64,000 bases of DNA, taken from positions 238,886,001-238,950,000 of the forward strand of contig OZ024743.1 of NCBI GenBank assembly GCA_964016885.1. Direction: 5' to 3'. Below, piece by piece: positions 39,758 through 54,244 of the stretch. The notes beneath the pieces were generated by a model that saw only the letters and a list, made by a program, of their open reading frames with translations, was not told the DNA's origin and did no database searches. The translations under genes were made by a program, and so were the position numbers. Each line of letters begins with the position of its first letter. Within the stretch, counting starts at the first letter, position 1. This stretch comes from Eledone cirrhosa (taxonomy: Eukaryota).

Positions 39758-41419
39758 GACCGTAAAACTAATCGGTGCGTCATCAATGAAATCAACGATG
39801 CTGGGTTTAAAATCACATCTGATCTCAACATCCTGGACCGGACCGAACCTCTGGACCCTATCTCTCCCCACTTTACCCTGAAGGATCACAAATCCAATTT
39901 TCCGAATAACCCCTCTATTCGGCTTATTAACCCTACGATGTCCGATTTAGGTAGACTTAGTAAAACGATTCTTGATAGAATTATACCTGAAATTAGAAGT
40001 TTGGCCCTCTCGCACTGTGGAACAATTCTTTCGCGGTGATTGATTGGTTCAACGGCATATGTAACAAGGAACATTGCCGTTTTATCCAATTGGACATCAA
40101 CAATTACTACTCCTCCATCACTTTACCACTTCTCCTTAGAGCTATCAATTTCGCTAAAACACTCACAGTGGTTAAGGATTTTTAAGTTGATGTCATCCTT
40201 AATGCCCGAAAGTCGGTGATTAATTTCGACGACTCTATTTGGATTAACAAATCCAATAGTACCCCATTCGACGTGAGTATGGGCGCCAGTGACTCTGCGG
40301 AGGTTACTGATCTTATTGGCCTTTTCCTTCTTTTCTCTATCAAGGACGAATTCCCCAACGCGGGCGGTGGTTTGTACCGTGACGATGGTCTTTTGACCAT
40401 GACTAAGTGCGGACCTCGTGCTTTCGACAGGTTCAGAAAAGAACTCACAGCCTTCTTTAAAGGCTTCAACCTCTCTATACAGGTTGAGGCCAATCTCTCG
40501 GTCGTTAATTACCTCGACGTTACCCTCAATTTATTGAATGGGTTGTATTACCCGTATAGAAAGCCGAATGATACGCCTTAATTACATAAGTAAGCATTCC
40601 AATCATCCTGCCAGCATAACCAAGTGCATTTTCAACGACCATTCCACTTATTACAATGAAGCTCTTGCTCGGAGTGGATTTGTCGATAAGGTAGCATATA
40701 CAGAGTATGAAAATAGACCTAGAAGAAATAGATCCCGTCACATTTGTTGGTTTAACCCACCATATAATATGGAGGTGGCCACACCATTAGCTAAGATCTT
40801 TCTTTCCCTTATTACGAAGCATTTTCCCCCTACACATAAATATAGTAAAATTTTTAATAGAAATACTATTAAAATTTCTTACTCTACGACTCCTAACCTT
40901 GCACATAACATCACAGCTTCAAATTTAGCTAAACTACCTAGCCGTAGGAACACGTGCAACCCTGTAGTTAGTACTAACTGTAATTGTAGGAATCGGGCTG
41001 ATTGCCCCCTATCCGGGAAATGCCTCTCTAGTAACATTGTCTACAAATGTAAGGTTGTAACACCCACGTCCCGTAGGGCCTACATAGGGTTAACCGCCAA
41101 TAGTTTCAAGCAGCGTCTTTACATGCATACCCATTCTTTTCGTTACCCTCTAAGAGGGAATATGACGTCACTTTCAGCTTATATCTGGAGTCTAAAAGAC
41201 AACCACACCCAATATAAGTTACACTGGGAGATCCTAGCTAGGGCTACATCGTATAACGGAAATAAAAGACCATGTGACCTCTGCGCCGCTGAGGCCCTGG
41301 AAATACTCTACGCCATAGACCACATCTTAAACAAAAAATCTGAGGCAACTTCGGCTTGTAAACATAAATTGCACAAAACTTTCCTGTATTACAGCCCCAC
41401 GTTATACCCTAACGGATAG
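39758..41419 (+). pseudogene. PLE reverse transcriptase plus GIY-YIG endonuclease, frameshifted
   Basis: HFTLKDHKSNFPNNPSIRLINP, FDVSMGASDSAEVTDLIG, GLYRDDGL, VNYLDVTLNL, SNHP, WFNPPY, CNCRNRADCPLSGKC, NIVYKC..AYIGLT..FKQRLYMH, CDLCAAE..ILNKKSE..CKH. Confidence 0.93.
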
Positions 41420-42347
41420 CACGATCTATACGTGGATATTTTACGTCTTGATGTGGGAGCTAAGTATATGTTTTGTTTATTCCTTTACTTATTTGCATAG
41501 GTAAGTATATATTATCCATATGTTTTGTGAAGGTATGTATACCTTCTCGTACGTATATTTGACTGTTATGGCGTATCATTTTTACATATTCTGGTATTTA
41601 GGGTTTGGCTATGTGTATACCGGAGTTTTGCGTCCGAGTGAGTATGCAGGTTCGTACGTATGGTGGGTGTGTGTATATGTGTACTTCTTGTTTTAGTTGA
41701 CTTACGTCTCCGAACATTCGTGTATTTATATGTAGGTATGTGTGTGCGCTTGTTATATACGTATTTATTTACTTATATACGTTTATATAATTATTTATTT
41801 ATTTGTACACAAGCATACACACACACACATATTTATATGGGCGTGGTTTTGTATACCTATGGTAAGGTTTTGCGTATGCTTGTGTATGTACGTATCTGTT
41901 TGCGTGTATGTATTTATTTGTTTCTATTACTTCTGTATCGTATTTATTTACTTTGTTCGTAACTCTGAAGCGGAGATTCATTTGGTCTCCTAGTTAGAAT
42001 TTTAGTCTACGACTTCTGCTATACCATTTACGTGGTTTTGTCTTTGCGTGCTTTTGTTCTCCACGCTCCACATATGACTTATTATCTTCGTTTTTTCGTT
42101 CATTGCCAGAGAACGTCTCTATGCACCATCTAAGAGAACATTAGTCTACGACCTCCTTTATACAATAAACGTGGTTTTGTCTTTGCGCGTAATTGTTTTT
42201 CACCGCTCCTATTAATGACGTATTATTCGTTTTTTCCCGTTCTTTGCAAGCGAACGTTACCACGAACCAAAGTATCGTCTTCCTGTCTTCCTCCGGCTGC
42301 AACGTTTTTTGAAATATCCAGTTCTGCGTTTACAGATTGACTTTGTT

Positions 42348-42398
42348 AGTTTCAGAAGATCCCGTTAAGGGTGAAAGCAGCGATTCTTTGCTTAAACT
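42348..42398 (+). ncRNA. Hammerhead-like motif with CAGAAGA core (family B PLE terminus)
   Basis: agttt CAGAAGA t-ccc-gttaa-ggg-t GAAA gca-(9 nt)-tgc TT aaact. About 13 copies in the window. Confidence 0.65.
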
Positions 42399-42414
42399 TT
42401 AATCTGTTATTTTA

Positions 42415-42472
<58 letters not shown>

Positions 42473-43119
42473 CAAAGGAATTGTGGTAAGGAACCAGATG
42501 GACCATAACGCACCATATTACTCAATACTTGGAGTAGTAGAGTGGGAAATAGGAAAAAGTATGACCCCGACGGCAGAGCTCAAGCCGTTTCGACGGCTAT
42601 TTCTGAAATATTTCTTTTTTATTATTCTTTTAATGATGATTTGAAAGGAAATTGCTGACTGGAGATATAAACCGATCTCGTAATGTCGGCCGATTCAATA
42701 CGGTTGCCGGTCAAATGTTCTATTACTGTTAATGGTCGAACTAATGTCAAGTTGTGTTTTGGCATAAGCGATGTTTTATGTCCATGTTGGATCACATTGC
42801 TCATCTCTCATTAACTTTGTACAGCGAGCAAGCTAGTGCGGTGCGATGCTATATAGTTTCTGTGTACCAAATTTTACTGACTTGTCTCTGTGGTTATAGA
42901 AGAGTTATAAAAGAGTCATGCCCAAGGTGAACAAAAATCCTGAACTTTATAGCTACGACTACTCCTATACACATATAAGATATATGCATGTACAGTATAT
43001 ATTGCTCTAAACTAAGATCAATTGAACATTTTTATTGAGAAATATCGTCATACATTTAAAACGTGTCGATAACTTAACATAGAATCTATCTATCTATATA
43101 TACATATATATATATATGT

Positions 43120-43670
43120 AAGTTATTCCGGGTTGAATCGGAGGTAACCACAGTAAATAAGGTACTCAATACATAGCAGAGTATAACAGTTTTAATATAG
43201 AAGAGATTCTACAGGACTAGAACTCTTTCATTCGTGGGAAATTATCAGGAATCTGACTGTCCAAGTAAATATGGTTGTATTTATATCTTTTCTGGTGGTA
43301 GGAGAGGGTGGGGAGTGGGATAGGCGGAGATCATTGGTTGAAAGAAAAGGGAATTCATTAAAAGCTAATACTTTAAAGCTATAATTTATATTTAGAGTGA
43401 CAAAGGCAGAAAGAATTCTATAAACAAGTTCAAATTGGGGTGCCACTCCTTATTTTTAAGTTTCTCATGAGCTAACATTGCTTATATTTCAGGTGCCTAT
43501 AAGATGGTTGGAAGTCAGTCATGGTTGATGGGTTTAAAGAAAGGGGAATTCTTTAAAAGCTATTTCTTTAAAGCTTTACTTAGAGTGACAAAGGCAGAAA
43601 GAATTCTATAACCAAAATTCAAATTATAGGTACCTCTCCTTATTGTCAAGTTTCTCTTAAGCTATTCACT
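43120..43670 (-). mobile_element. Degenerate PLE-like terminus with HHR relic (43205-43253) and a roughly 190-bp tandem duplication
   Basis: Minus strand reads gattc CTGATAA ..GAAA..TA gaatc. agagtgacaaaggcagaaagaattctata occurs twice. Confidence 0.45.
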
Positions 43671-43740
43671 TAAGCACATTCACACACCGATAAATATATA
43701 TATATATATACTCCTACACATACACATATACACACACACA

Positions 43741-43830
<90 letters not shown>

Positions 43831-43833
43831 CAC

Positions 43834-43982
<149 letters not shown>

Positions 43983-44012
43983 TATAAATATACATATATA
44001 TTTATATATATA

Positions 44013-45373
44013 CTAGCAGAATGGCCCGACGTTGCTCGGGATTAGCTATAGGGTTCTTATATATTTGATATATATTTATCCTTATCGAACCTCGTGAAAT
44101 AAATACGTTTGTTTATATTTTGTTATTGTGTATGCAAAAATATCTGTCCATGAATATATAACTATATATATATCTATATATATAAAACAGAGGATGTCTG
44201 TGTGTCTGTTTCCCTAAGACTCGAGAAGTACCCAACCGGTTTTTTTCAAACTTTATACATGTAACTCGTATGACCCCGGAAGTGTTTTGAGCAAAAATAA
44301 TTTCAAATTTTCAATGCCCTAGGGACCGCATTAGGCGATTTAGCGATGTCTTTCTCTTTCTCTTAGTCTTTCTCTTTTTAGATAGATACATAGATATGAC
44401 GTCACGCCTTCATAATATCTGTCTGTATGCCTGACTGTCTGCATTACGTCATTATGACGCTATCAGTGTGTGTGTATATATTCTTATGCCAGGGAACGTC
44501 TTCACGAACCAAAGTATCGTCTTCCTGTTTTCCAGATTGATTTTTTTAGTATAAGAAGATCTCGTTAAGGTTGAAAGCAGCGATTCTTTGCTTAAACATT
44601 AATATGTTATTTTAATATAGATATTCGTGTACAGATATTTTTGCATACACAATAACAAAATATAAACAAACGTATTTATTTCACGAGATTCGATAAGGAT
44701 AAATATATATCAAATATATAACAACCCTATAGCAAATCCCGAGCAACGCCGGGTCATTCTGTTAGTATATATTAAAATAACAGACTAAAGTTAAAGCAAA
44801 GAATCACTGCTTTCACCCTTAACGGGATATTCTACCTAAAAGCAGTATGAAGTACATACACTAATACTAATTGATCTAATCTTTGGCCTTGTTTGTTTAT
44901 ATTTTGTTTTTGTGTATGCAAAAATATCTGTACACGAATATCTATATTAAAATAACATATTAATGTTTAAGCAAAGAATCGCTGCTTTCAACCTTAACGG
45001 GATCTTCTTAAACTAAAAAATCAATCTGGAAAACAGGAAGGCGATACTTTGGTTCGTGAAGACGTTGCCTGGCATAAGAATATATATACACACACACTGA
45101 TCGCGTCATAATGACGTAATGCAGACAGTCAGGCATACAGACAGACATTATGAAGGCGCGACGTCATATCTATGTATCTATCTAAAAAGAGAAAGACTAA
45201 GAGAAAGAGAAAGAGATCGGTAAATCGCCTAATGCGGTCCCTAGGGCATTGCAAATTTGAAATTTGTTTTGCTCAAAACACTTCCGGGGTCATACGAGTT
45301 GCATGTATAAAGTTTGAAAAAAACCGGTTGGGTACTTCTCGAGTTTTAGGGAAACAGACACACAGACATCCTC

Positions 45374-45385
<12 letters not shown>
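44013..45385. mobile_element. Cluster of nested/inverted non-autonomous Helitrons: complete + copy 44173-44765 inside minus-strand copies
   Basis: A|TCTATATATATAAAACAGAGGATGTC at 44173. cccgagcaacgccggg hairpin plus TTAG|T at 44765. Minus-strand CTAG end at 44013. The 5' part is homologous to 7457-8430. Confidence 0.85.
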
Positions 45386-45411
<26 letters not shown>

Positions 45412-45442
45412 GTATGTGTGTGTGTGTGTATGTATGTATTTG

Positions 45443-45474
<32 letters not shown>

Positions 45475-45479
45475 ATGAA

Positions 45480-46364
<885 letters not shown>

Positions 46365-46419
46365 ATGTATGTATATATATATATAGGTATATATATGTGT
46401 ATATATGTATATATATGTA

Positions 46420-46557
46420 TGACACAGGAACGATGTTCTCAGCCGTTAATATGCATAAGTAAAGTATATACTTTCAGACGTTCAATCATCTGACAGAAAG
46501 GTATACGATGCTGACGTTAGCTAATAAGCTTGAAACAAGTACATCGTTCCTGTGTCA
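46420..46557 (+). repeat. Small fold-back with degenerate HHR (46506-46546)
   Basis: Inverted ends tgacacaggaacgatgt / acatcgttcctgtgtca. cgatg CTGACGT t-agct-aata-agct-t GAAA caag TA catcg. Confidence 0.5.
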
Positions 46558-46745
46558 GTGTTGAACAAAAGGGCGACGATGGTTGCCGAGCACTCTACGG
46601 CGTAATTCGGGCTGTTTGTTTACAAACAAACCGAACATTATAATAAATGTTTGGTCAACCCATACGTACATATATATATATGTGTGCATGTATGTATATA
46701 TATACATACTACTGTGCGTCTGTACACATATATGTATGTACGTAT

Positions 46746-46808
<63 letters not shown>

Positions 46809-48155
46809 TATATCGTCTGTTTGCCTCCTATACACTTAAAAACCAAAGAATCGCTCATGTTTAAACTAAGCTAATGAGTTCTTTAGACACAGGAATAGGT
46901 TTCCATCACACTTGGACCTACATTCATTTGTTTATATGTTTGTTTGTCTGTTGTCGTTGTGCCTGTCTTTACGATGGAATATGACGGAAAATAGAGAGGA
47001 TGAATTAGTCAGAATTTGAGAGAAATTCAGCACACATGGAATTGAATAGAGCCGAAGATGGAAATAAGGAGGTAGTTGTATGTAACAATGTATGAACGAA
47101 TAGAGAAAGAAACGGAGATAAAGAAAACCAAGAAAGTGGGTGACGTGAGTTTAATATAGTAACAGACACTAAATCAACAAACACACGCTTGCTTCAGTAT
47201 TGAATGTTCCATTCTCTCTCATGTATGGAAGGAGGTACGACTAAAACAAGTGAGCGACATATGTTCAATCAACATAAAGCATCATACGCCTGTTTTAATG
47301 TAAAAATTCTCTCTCCTCTATCGGCTGCAGGCGAAGAATATTATATATTCTTTATATCTTTTCCGTGTGTGTATATATGTCATATTTACTTCATATTTAA
47401 CTCCTGAACAAAAACGGCCTCCATACCGTTCGAGGTCATGGTATTTGTATTTTAATGCACGCTAAGGGAAGTAACTTTGAGTATATCATGGTCGTAGTTG
47501 ACAGCGGCCGTGACACTGTTGATGTCTCACCGTTACCATGGCCACCAGCAATATTTTTCCCAACACATGGTTTCAAGATATAAGTTTGAAAGCAGAGGTA
47601 ACGGAGAAATGTTCCAACCAGATCCTGTCAACAAACTCTCCATATAGTTTAACTACATAAGTTTCCGAAATCCAAATGTCTAAATGTCCTGGATACGACC
47701 CGATTCCCTTAGAGTGAGAGAAATTAAGGGTCAAAATACTTGCTTTAGGAGAATTTCTTCTCTAAAGAACTTCTGCTGTCCAGCTCTCCTGAGAGTTTCT
47801 TACCAATATCTTCTTCATATCTTTCCCGTATTTGTGTATATATTCCACATCTTTGTATATAGCCCCGTGTGTATTTGTGTGTGTATCAGCCTCATTAAAT
47901 ATTAGGTCCTTTATTTAATTTATGGAAAAACTACTAAAAACAATACTTGTGAAAGATGTAATATTCTTTGCATATTCATTTCCATTAATTTTTAGATGCT
48001 GTTTCCGAAAACTGAATGAAAGTTAATTCAGTGAGTCCTCATTCAATGAAATTTGACTCGACTTAAATTCATGATTAGCATACAAATTATAATTGTTTAG
48101 ATAAATTATAATTGTTTAGATAAATTATAGTTACATTAGAAGCTGCAAGCAGAAC

Positions 48156-48760
48156 ATGCCACCGAAGAATACATCTCAAAGAATACATCTCGAAGAAAGT
48201 CTCATAAAACAGCTACAAAGGAAGAATGAAAGTGAAGAGTAGCGACAAGAAAGACTCCCAAAACAGAAAAACAACAGCGAAATAGAGGCTAAGTGAATCA
48301 GAAGAACAAAGATCAAAAAGCCTTGCTGATGATAAGAAAAGGAAAGGAAGTATTCGTCAAAAGGAATTAGATGTACGAAACTACATCACAAAACAGCGAA
48401 GATGTATTAGATGAAAGAAGATCATCAAAACGCCAACAATAAGAAATAAGAAGTACTCAGTGTAGACATGATGACTCAGAGGAATACAGATGAAAAAGAC
48501 TTGCTGAAGATAGGATAATGAAAGCAACTATTCCTTAAGAGGAATCAGATGAGTGAAAATCATCAAGACAGGAAATGGTGAGAAGTCAAGAAGCTCAAAG
48601 GTGGCATGAAGAAACTGAAGCTCAAACAACTGAAAGCCAATGTGAACAGAGAGCAGAAACAGAAGATTTACGGTTTAAAAAGGTTCCGAATAGAATTGGA
48701 CCACCTCAGTCATTTACAGAAGAACTAAAATATTTATAAGTGAATTTCATCGGTCACAAG
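48156..48760 (+). pseudogene. Decayed charged-repeat ORF resembling the STPR-like N-terminus of Helitron Rep/helicase proteins
   Basis: MPPK start and SESEEQRSKSLADDKKRK-type repeats with many stops. Confidence 0.35.
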
Positions 48761-49724
48761 AAACCCCAAGCACAGACAATATGTGATGTGGGTGTGTCGG
48801 TGTCTGCTGAGAATTTGTTTTGTGCACTTGTTGGTGTGTGTGGAGATGAATTTTTCTTTTTATTGTGTTTTCCTTTTTGCTTTTTGCGGATTTAGTGTTC
48901 CCCCTCATCTTCATTTGGAAATGTGGAGGAACTGGTTTCGGAGGGGAATGTGTTTACGGGTGTGAGAGTGTTCTACTGTGTGTGTATGTTTGAAAGAGGA
49001 GAGAGCATGTCTGGACGACTCCCTGGATGGTTTAATGGTCCTCGTGATGTTTCCTTTACGGTTAGTGCTGTTGGTGCTGGTGTTGTCTTTAGTCTCGACG
49101 CCACTCTTGGCTGAATGTCTGTCCATGATTTTTTTTTTATGGAAAAATATTTTTCAAGTAAATAAAATTCAAATATTTGGGAACAAGGCCCAAATATTAA
49201 GGGGTCGCCTTAACGCAGTGCAATGTGTGGCGCCTTGTAAAGAGTTTGTGAAAAAAATATAAGGATGAATACACTGTAAACACTTGAAAATTGACAAACC
49301 ATACAGAGTGATATTCAAATACTTTTTGGCAAACCAAACAATAATAATAATAATAATTGTTTCTACTTTTGGCACAGGGACAGCAATTACCCAATACATT
49401 ACTGGTACTCTATTTTATGAAAGGAAACAAATCGGTTACCTAAAAGTAAACGTTCAATATATTCCCAACCATCTTTCACTTTGGCAATAATCGCACTTTG
49501 CTACAAATTAATACATTGTCATATATTTCTTATATATTTCGTTTGTCAACTGCATTCAATCATCTCTTCATAATTTTTCCTCGACAAAAATAGACACCTG
49601 CCAGATTCTAAGGCACTAACATAATACAGTCTCTGCCCAAGATGACAGATATACATATAGATAGAAGATAGATAATTAGATTAAGATATAGATTGATAAA
49701 TAGATATATTGTCGATGTGTAAAT

Positions 49725-49759
<35 letters not shown>

Positions 49760-49774
49760 CATATACACAGATAA

Positions 49775-49822
<48 letters not shown>

Positions 49823-49881
49823 TTATCTGTGTATATGGGTATATATATATATATATATATATATACTTATCTGTGTATATG

Positions 49882-49917
<36 letters not shown>

Positions 49918-49937
49918 GTCTTCAAATTTATTATTAT

Positions 49938-49971
<34 letters not shown>

Positions 49972-50187
49972 GTATATATATAGGTATAAATATATATATA
50001 TGTATATATAGATATCTGAATATATAGATATGTATTTATGTGTGCGTGGATATATCTGTACGTATACACATATAAAAAAACACACACACACACACACACA
50101 TATATACATACATATATATATATGTGTATGTTTGTGGTGTGTGTATGTGTGTGTGTGAGTATATATATAAATGTATAAATGTGCAGG

Positions 50188-50430
50188 CACATAGCTTAGT
50201 TGTTGGAGCCTTTGGGTTTGCAATCGGGAGGTTGTGAGTTCGATTCTCGAACTGTGTGATGTGATGTGTTCTTGAGTAAACACTTTATTTCACGTTGACA
50301 CAGTTTACTCAGCTGTAGAAAAGAGTTACGACGTCTCTGGTGCCAAACTCTATCGGCCATTGCGTTTGGAAAAATCCAGTGGCACAGAGAGGGGAGATCT
50401 GTATACATGGGCGACTGCAGCTCTTCCATG
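50188..50430 (+). mobile_element. tRNA-derived SINE, second family
   Basis: A-box-like tagcttagttg, B-box gagttcgattc, core cttgagtaaacactttatttcacgttg. A related copy is at 54613-54880. Confidence 0.65.
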
Positions 50431-50479
50431 GACAACTTTCTTGGTTAAAATCACATAATCATTAGTGGGACCTAACCCC

Positions 50480-50519
<40 letters not shown>

Positions 50520-50526
<7 letters not shown>

Positions 50527-50710
50527 TGACAGATTAAAATTTAAGCAAAGAATCGCTGCTTTCACCTTTAACGGGATCTTCTGAAATTAAAAAAAATCAA
50601 TCTGTGGACGCAGAAGTAAATATTTCGGAAAAGGTTACAGCCGAATGAAAGCAGGAAGACAATACTTTGGTTCACGAAGACGTTCCCTGGCAATGAACGG
50701 AAAAAAAGGA
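50520..50710 (-). mobile_element. Family B PLE-terminus fragment
   Basis: Homologous to 39600-39757. Confidence 0.8.
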
Positions 50711-50894
50711 GGATAATTATGCCGTTATTATTGTTATTGCATATATCATGCTTTATGTTCATACGAATTATCATTAAGTCACAACCAGTAACCTCAAGAG
50801 ACAACAGACATGAAACATGGATTAAAGGTTAAAATATAGTCTAGATAGATGAGAAACAAAACGAGCATGTAGTTTATGGAACACCCAAATGATT

Positions 50895-51335
50895 TAGAAG
50901 TCGACCTTAAGTAAGAGCAATAGAATTAAGAAAGTTATAAACGATACCACATAATTTTGTTTTGAAAATTTTGAAGGTAGTTTTATAAGTATGAATGTTC
51001 ATAAGATTTTCGTAGCTGTCCCAGTGGGCTAGCGGTAGGTACTAGAGACGATGGAGATCCTGGTCTTGGGTTCAATCCTGGTCGAGAGGTACAAGTAATC
51101 TTTTTCAGATTTTATTTTACATGAAAAGGTTTACCGGAAACGTTACTACAGACCAGGATCGAACTTCAGACAAGGATCACCACCGACTATGATTCCTCCA
51201 TCTAAACCGCCGAGACAGCTACAACAGTATAACAAAAATTAATAATTATCAACCTACTTTCAACATCAAAGTTAAAAAGTTGTGTCGTTCATGGCTTTCC
51301 TAGAGCTATTAGTCATATTTAGGGTCGACTTGTCA
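50895..51335. repeat. Old imperfect inverted repeat with two convergent tRNA-like segments (51012-51085 +, about 51150-51222 -)
   Basis: gtagctgtc / gacagctac ends. B-boxes ggttcaatcc (+) and agttcgatcc (-). Outer arms aagtcgacc / ggtcgactt and gaaggtag / ctactttc. Confidence 0.55.
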
Positions 51336-51462
51336 ATCTTCTGGCTCTTTGGTAAAAACCTATTATTCCTATCTGTGTTTAACTGTTGAATTAATTTAAT
51401 TTGATTATTTTAACAAACAAATAATATATATATATATATATATACCCATATACACGTACTCC

Positions 51463-51494
<32 letters not shown>

Positions 51495-51501
51495 CGCATA
51501 T

Positions 51502-51543
<42 letters not shown>

Positions 51544-51812
51544 TGAGTGAGTGTGAAAGACCAAATGTCATTATTGAAAGTCTCTGAATTTCGCAAAATA
51601 CATAATATTTTTTATTGGAGAAGGTAAAATATTTTCCTACAAAAATTTGATTGCTCTGTTTTGTTTCCACTTGTGTATTTTTAAAAATGTTTTTTATTCA
51701 TTATGAAAGTTAAATGATAGCATTCTATATTTGGTGGGCCCCCTTCATCTCCTGGCCAATATCTTTAGATCCAGTCTGCCTCTGTATATATACATATATA
51801 TGCACACCCACT

Positions 51813-51937
<125 letters not shown>

Positions 51938-51939
51938 AT

Positions 51940-53450
51940 GAATGCAAAAGGCAAGCAGAAATAACGAAGCAAACGACAAAGTACAATGAGGAAATATATC
52001 ATTAGTTTCACGCTTGATATAATAGGAAACGATTCTTAACGTTTTCAGACGCTGGTTCTTCATCAGAAAATATAATTAGAAATTAAAGAAGAAATAGAAA
52101 GATAGAGGAGAGTGGACAGTGGCAGAAACCAAAATAAATTTTCTAGAGAAAAATTAGATCTATTCAAGGTCGCCATCGTCCTGGAAAACTCTTGATGCTG
52201 GCGTTGTTGTATGAGTTGATCTTGTTTTAATAGACGGTGACAGAACACGTCTGGAAAGGAAAAAATATCATTTTGTAAATAGAGCGTGCATACATCCGTT
52301 AACGTGTGTGTGTGTTTGTTTATTATTTGTCTGTACGAAGATAAGAGGATATTTGTGTTTATATATATACATTTAAGAGTGTGTGTGTGTGTGTTTGTTA
52401 TTTGTCCGTACGAAGCTAAGAAGATTTGTGTGTTTATATATACGTTTAAAAGTGTGTGTGTTGTTGTACGCATGATGCTGTGAGGATATGGAGGATATGT
52501 ACGTGGATATAAGTTCATGAAGGTAAGTGTAGAAGTATGGGCGTATTGTTGTTGGCCTGTACAAGCTGTAAGAGTGTGGGTTTCTGACTGTAATAGAGTC
52601 ATACGAAGGAACCTAGGGAGTGCATGTACGCGTGTTTGTGTAACAGCGGACGATGTCGGTTTGACAGTGGCTAAGGGTATAGAAATAAGCGCTAGCGTAA
52701 TTGTGCAAGATTAAAGAAATTGAGGAGGGGAGTTGAGTCCATAATGGAAACTAGATCCAGGCTGAAAATCAGGCTCTGTTCAGTCCTGGTGGCCTAGGCA
52801 AGCGATCCGTAATTTAAACAGACACCAAGGGCTGCAACATGTAGGGAAAAGTGGCCTGGGCAACGGAAATGACGAGCGACGTGGTATCCATGCCTAGTCG
52901 TATGTCCCTTAAGTTTTCACCTAATCGATCCGCCAGACGGCGACTTGTGTGTCCGATATATATGGACCTGCACAGACAACACTGGAGGGCATAGACTATG
53001 TTGGTGGATGTGCAGGTGAAGTAGTGGAGGATACGGAAATAACTGTTAGTGCCTGTGAGAGTGGTAAGGTTATAAATGAAGGAACAGGTGTTACAGTGGG
53101 GACGGGACAGAGAGAGGAGCCCGGTGGAGTCCTAGGAAAGGAAGGGAAGGAACTGTGTACCAGAAGGGCGCGGAGATTACGTACACGCTTAAAAGTGGTG
53201 ATGGGGCGGTTTAGAAATAAGCGATAAGTGACAGGCTTAGAAGAGAGGGTGCGGGAAGAAAAGGTGGACAAGTCACGGGAAAGGTAGGATGGTGGGGGTG
53301 GTAGGTTAGAGTGAAAAAAAGGGTGGTATTGGAGTGTGAGAGCTGTGGTATGGTCGGTTTAACGGATACGGGTGAGGGCAGCTTGGATCAGGTTGGGGTG
53401 ATATCCACGCTGGATGAAGCGAGAGACTATGTGTTCGGACTGTGTGTTTG
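51940..53450 (-). mobile_element. Neptune-like PLE remnant with GIY-YIG and HHR (52034-52070)
   Basis: Minus strand: FKRVRNLRALLVHS..PGS..C..C, NIVYALQCCLCRSIYIGHTSRRLADRLGE..RHF. tttt CTGATGA aga..tct GAAAA cg TT aaga. Confidence 0.75.
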
Positions 53451-54244
53451 TGGAAGACCAGCAGTCACCTTTGTATGCCAGTCGCCCATCTCCATGACAT
53501 ATGTGTTCTCCAACCTATTCCCCCCATCCCAATGAATTTGAAATAAAGTATCATCCCAAAAGACACAACACGCCACCCTTTTGGAACATCGTTAAGATAT
53601 TTTATTACAGTAAAATTGCAATATTAATGTGTAATATTTAACGAGCCAGACAAATAGAATTCGTACAAGTCCGAAAAAAATCAAGAAGTCAACGCAGTCA
53701 ATTCGCTCCGCCAGTTCTGACTACGTGGACTCTTTCTGAAATAACACGTCGTTCCAGACTGCATGGATTTGTTTCAGGAAATAACACGTAGCTTCTGTGC
53801 GTGATGTTTTGTAAATGCATTAACTACTCACAGGCGTAGCCACGCGGTTCGGAGTACATATTCTTGTGTTTGCACACAATTCTGTTTATTCCACTATGTA
53901 ACGTAGTGTCCACTCTGATATGTAAATTCATATTTACAACATAAGATTTTTGTAAAATAATAGAGTGAGTGGTAAACGGCGGTCTTGGACGAAATCTAAT
54001 TGTTTGGCTCATTAACATTAATACAATGTTAGAATATTAATACAATGTAAGTTGTTGGTAAATTTATAACATTAATCTCGGTGACTGGTTTAAAGTTGTT
54101 TATTTTTCATAATCCTGAGGACAGTTTGTTAATAGGTTAGAATGTTTCAGCTTTTGTTTTGCCTATGATTCGTAAATTACTCGTTTTCTGCGGCTCTCCA
54201 CTCGAGACTAGTGTGGTAAAAAAAGTTTACTTTGTAAATTTCTC

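Larger units (their letters stand above)
39511..42420 (+). mobile_element. Penelope-like element (Naiad-like), 5'-truncated, with inverted terminal copy, inserted in (AT)n
   Basis: About 39596-39757 is the reverse complement of about 42261-42420. RT and GIY-YIG remnants lie between them. HHR-like motifs at 39621-39671 (-) and 42348-42398 (+). Confidence 0.92.
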
